This document shows positions 46,580-47,444 of a stretch of DNA of 47,444 bases, in pieces (the first letter of the stretch is position 1; the number at the start of each line of letters is the position of its first letter). The translations under genes were made by a program, and so were the position numbers. This stretch comes from a virus. Lineage: Duplodnaviria > Caudoviricetes. Location of the stretch: the IMG/VR virus record IMGVR_UViG_3300025140_000187, positions 1 through 47,444 of that record, one strand, 5' to 3'. The notes beneath the pieces were generated by a model. It was not told the DNA's origin. It was given only the letters and a program-made list of their open reading frames with translations, and searched no databases.

Positions 46580-46938
46580 ACGCTGACCTCGAATCCTTTG
46601 TGCCCCTCACTTATTCCCGACGCGGCGTACAGCGGCTGGCCACCACCAGTGCCGTGGCGCACGACACGACGTTTTTGGTGGGGCTGAGTCGTGCGTTTTA
46701 TTGGAAGAGCCTGCTCGACACCGGTGTCATGAAAAGTGGCTCCGAGATCGCCAAGAATGAAGACCTTCACCACTCAGTGGTCAACGAACTAATGCGTCTG
46801 ACACTGCTAGCACCCGACATCATCACGCAGCTGATGTCCGGCACACAACCACGGCGGCTGAACTTGATGTGGTTTCAGCGGAACCGGCTACCGGTGGACT
46901 GGCAGGCCCAGCGCACCATCATTGATGGCTTCAAATAG
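46576..46938 (+). CDS. Recombinase-associated HTH-like protein, paralog 1
   Basis: ATGA-coupled to recombinase; AFYWKSLLDTG...SEIA...RLTLLAPDI. Confidence 0.7.
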   Translation: MNADLESFVPLTYSRRGVQRLATTSAVAHDTTFLVGLSRAFYWKSLLDTGVMKSGSEIAKNEDLHHSVVNELMRLTLLAPDIITQLMSGTQPRRLNLMWFQRNRLPVDWQAQRTIIDGFK

Positions 46939-46946
46939 GAATCAAC

Positions 46947-47444
46947 ATGGCGAAAAATGACAGAGGCATGGTGACTGGTACGCCGGTCACATACCAAATC
47001 CCAGCGCCAGCAGGCGGTGTGCAGATGGAGACGTTCATTCCGTGGACTTTGGTCAAACGAGGTGTCCGGCGGCAGGTGATCACACCAATTGATGCGCCGG
47101 AGCATTTTCAGAAGGAAGCAGTCTTGGAGCGAAGTGCGCGCAAGGACGTCAAGGACAGCCCGTTGATCCGGGCAATGGGACTGGCTCATTACTGGCAGCG
47201 TCTGCTGGACGAGGGTAAATATCGGTCGCTGACGGAAATTGCAGCCACCGAGGGCATCGCTCTCAGTCAGGCTAGTCGGACAGCTCAACTGACTCGACTG
47301 GAACCGGAAATCGTGCGAAATTGCCTGTCAGCCGGTCGAGCCGGTTCAAAGTTGGATGAGTTGGCTCGGGTATGTCTTGCAGGCAGTTGGGCCGATCAGC
47401 GCACAATTCTGAAAAGCGGGAACCATGGTCGGCAACCTGCGTGA
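46947..47444 (+). CDS. Recombinase-associated HTH-like protein, paralog 2
   Basis: AGGA RBS; AHYWQRLLDEG...TEIA...QLTRLEPEI. Confidence 0.7.
   Translation: MAKNDRGMVTGTPVTYQIPAPAGGVQMETFIPWTLVKRGVRRQVITPIDAPEHFQKEAVLERSARKDVKDSPLIRAMGLAHYWQRLLDEGKYRSLTEIAATEGIALSQASRTAQLTRLEPEIVRNCLSAGRAGSKLDELARVCLAGSWADQRTILKSGNHGRQPA

Larger units (their letters stand above)
1..47444. mobile_element. Lambdoid prophage / phage-like integrative element with large serine recombinase; both ends and att sites not resolved in window
   Basis: Colinear terminase-portal-protease-capsid-tail-tape measure, replication, regulator and recombinase modules; no host housekeeping genes seen. Confidence 0.93.

Noticed and set aside
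46939-47444. attL/attR sites
   Set aside because: No terminal direct repeat identifiable; element boundaries and the endolysin probably lie outside the window

Overview
The window is almost entirely one lambdoid (gpA-terminase, gpE-capsid) siphovirus-like prophage or integrative element, probably from a betaproteobacterium (inferred). On the minus strand, right to left: an XRE-ImmA regulator, a PIN-like gene and a ~750-aa unknown (40.4-44.4 kb); an early/replication module (32.2-40.3 kb); a late regulator and a lambda-like cos candidate (31.2-32 kb); two ParB-fused DNA methyltransferases; then terminases, head, tail, tail-tip and holin-like genes at the left edge. On the plus strand are a DUF2924-like/large serine recombinase operon (44.5-47.4 kb) and an array of six small genes (25.2-28.1 kb) inserted antisense inside the late region. 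The most striking structure is that array. Each of its six genes is preceded by the same bipartite motif, CTTGGCTT-N10-CAGCG(T/C)(C/G)TT(CA/AC)T, and each internal junction carries a stem-loop. A seventh exactly spaced copy lies 17 kb away, directly upstream of the DUF2924/recombinase genes. This suggests a repeat-delimited cassette regulon linked to the integration module. Other signals: a -1 frameshifted tail chaperone missing from the ORF track, a cosQ/cosN-like site about 6 kb from the small terminase, a stand-alone copy of the primase C-terminal domain next to a hairpin origin candidate, and a tandem operator. Family names come from motif recognition by eye; no database search was run.
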